Assembly (NCBI GenBank): GCA_977016875.1
Contig: CDRNST010000064.1
Span: 558,001 to 622,000 of the forward strand
DNA length: 64,000 bases
Origin: Pavona decussata
Taxonomy: Eukaryota
Direction of reading: 5' to 3'
The translations under genes and the position numbers were made by a program. The notes under the pieces were generated by a model. That model searched no databases. It saw only the letters and a program-made list of their open reading frames with translations, and was not told where the DNA came from. Positions 63,501 to 64,000 of this stretch are shown piece after piece. Positions within the stretch are counted from its first letter, which is position 1; each line of letters starts with the position of its first letter.

Positions 63501-64000
63501 TCAACTGATTCGACTGATACGTGATGATTTAAGAGCGTTATTTTTTTGGATAACTTTTTTTGTGACACTATTGAATGCAATTTTCTGTTATAATCATTTT
63601 TAAAACTCACTAGGTTACATTGCTGAACGGAAAAGTTGTCAAGTACGAGTACCTCAAAGAAGGCAGTGTTGAAGGAAATGACTCGACTGATAATTCTGTG
63701 CTGGCCAAGGCTTTTCTAGTTTGCATGAGAACAGCTTCAGTGAACATTCAGATGAAGAGCCACTAGACAATACGCCTTCAGACAAAGAAGACAATGTAAG
63801 TATTTACTATTATTTTAATTGGTTTTGGCAGCTCTGTTGTGACTCTTATGGGTCCCTCACTAAAACTACGTGTTTCCCGTGGAATGGTTTACCAAGCGAA
63901 ACAAAATTAACTAGAGCCTGATCACAGTTTGTAAAAAAGTAACAATTAAAATGATGATATTACATGCATAAATTTACGATCAAAATTATAAATAAATATA

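Noticed and set aside
1-64000. Prokaryotic defence, CRISPR or operon-type system
   Set aside because: No dense ORF packing and no repeat-spacer array; GT-AG introns, microsatellites and eukaryotic TE families dominate

Overview
Repeat-saturated animal (metazoan) genomic DNA. The repeat repertoire and GT-AG introns suggest a cnidarian or coral-like genome, which is an inference. It is not prokaryotic. I found no rRNA, tRNA, CRISPR array or clearly intact host housekeeping gene. The window is a nested transposable-element graveyard. It holds (1) a BEL/Pao LTR retrotransposon with both LTRs, tRNA-Tyr PBS, PPT and TGGAT TSD, inserted in a Sola-type transposase; (2) a CryptonA/DUF3504 tyrosine recombinase gene directly upstream of an endonuclease-less Penelope-like RT, the pair bracketed by a 137-bp direct repeat whose downstream copy carries a perfect 44-bp palindrome and a hammerhead ribozyme; (3) an IS3EU-type deletion derivative, piggyBac, Tc1/mariner and 9-bp-TSD MITEs; (4) CACTA, Harbinger, CMC-like, L1/Tx1, Gypsy and AcademH-like (DUF6589 + RecQ) relics; (5) two Sola3 elements stacked in one TTAA site, splitting an intronless F-box/LRR gene; (6) a GIY-YIG Penelope element interrupted by a 1.5-kb TSD-less insert that encodes only an intact SGNH hydrolase (Ngaro/DIRS-like); (7) a patchwork segment duplicated about 42 kb apart. 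Family assignments come from recalled motifs and terminal signatures, not database searches.
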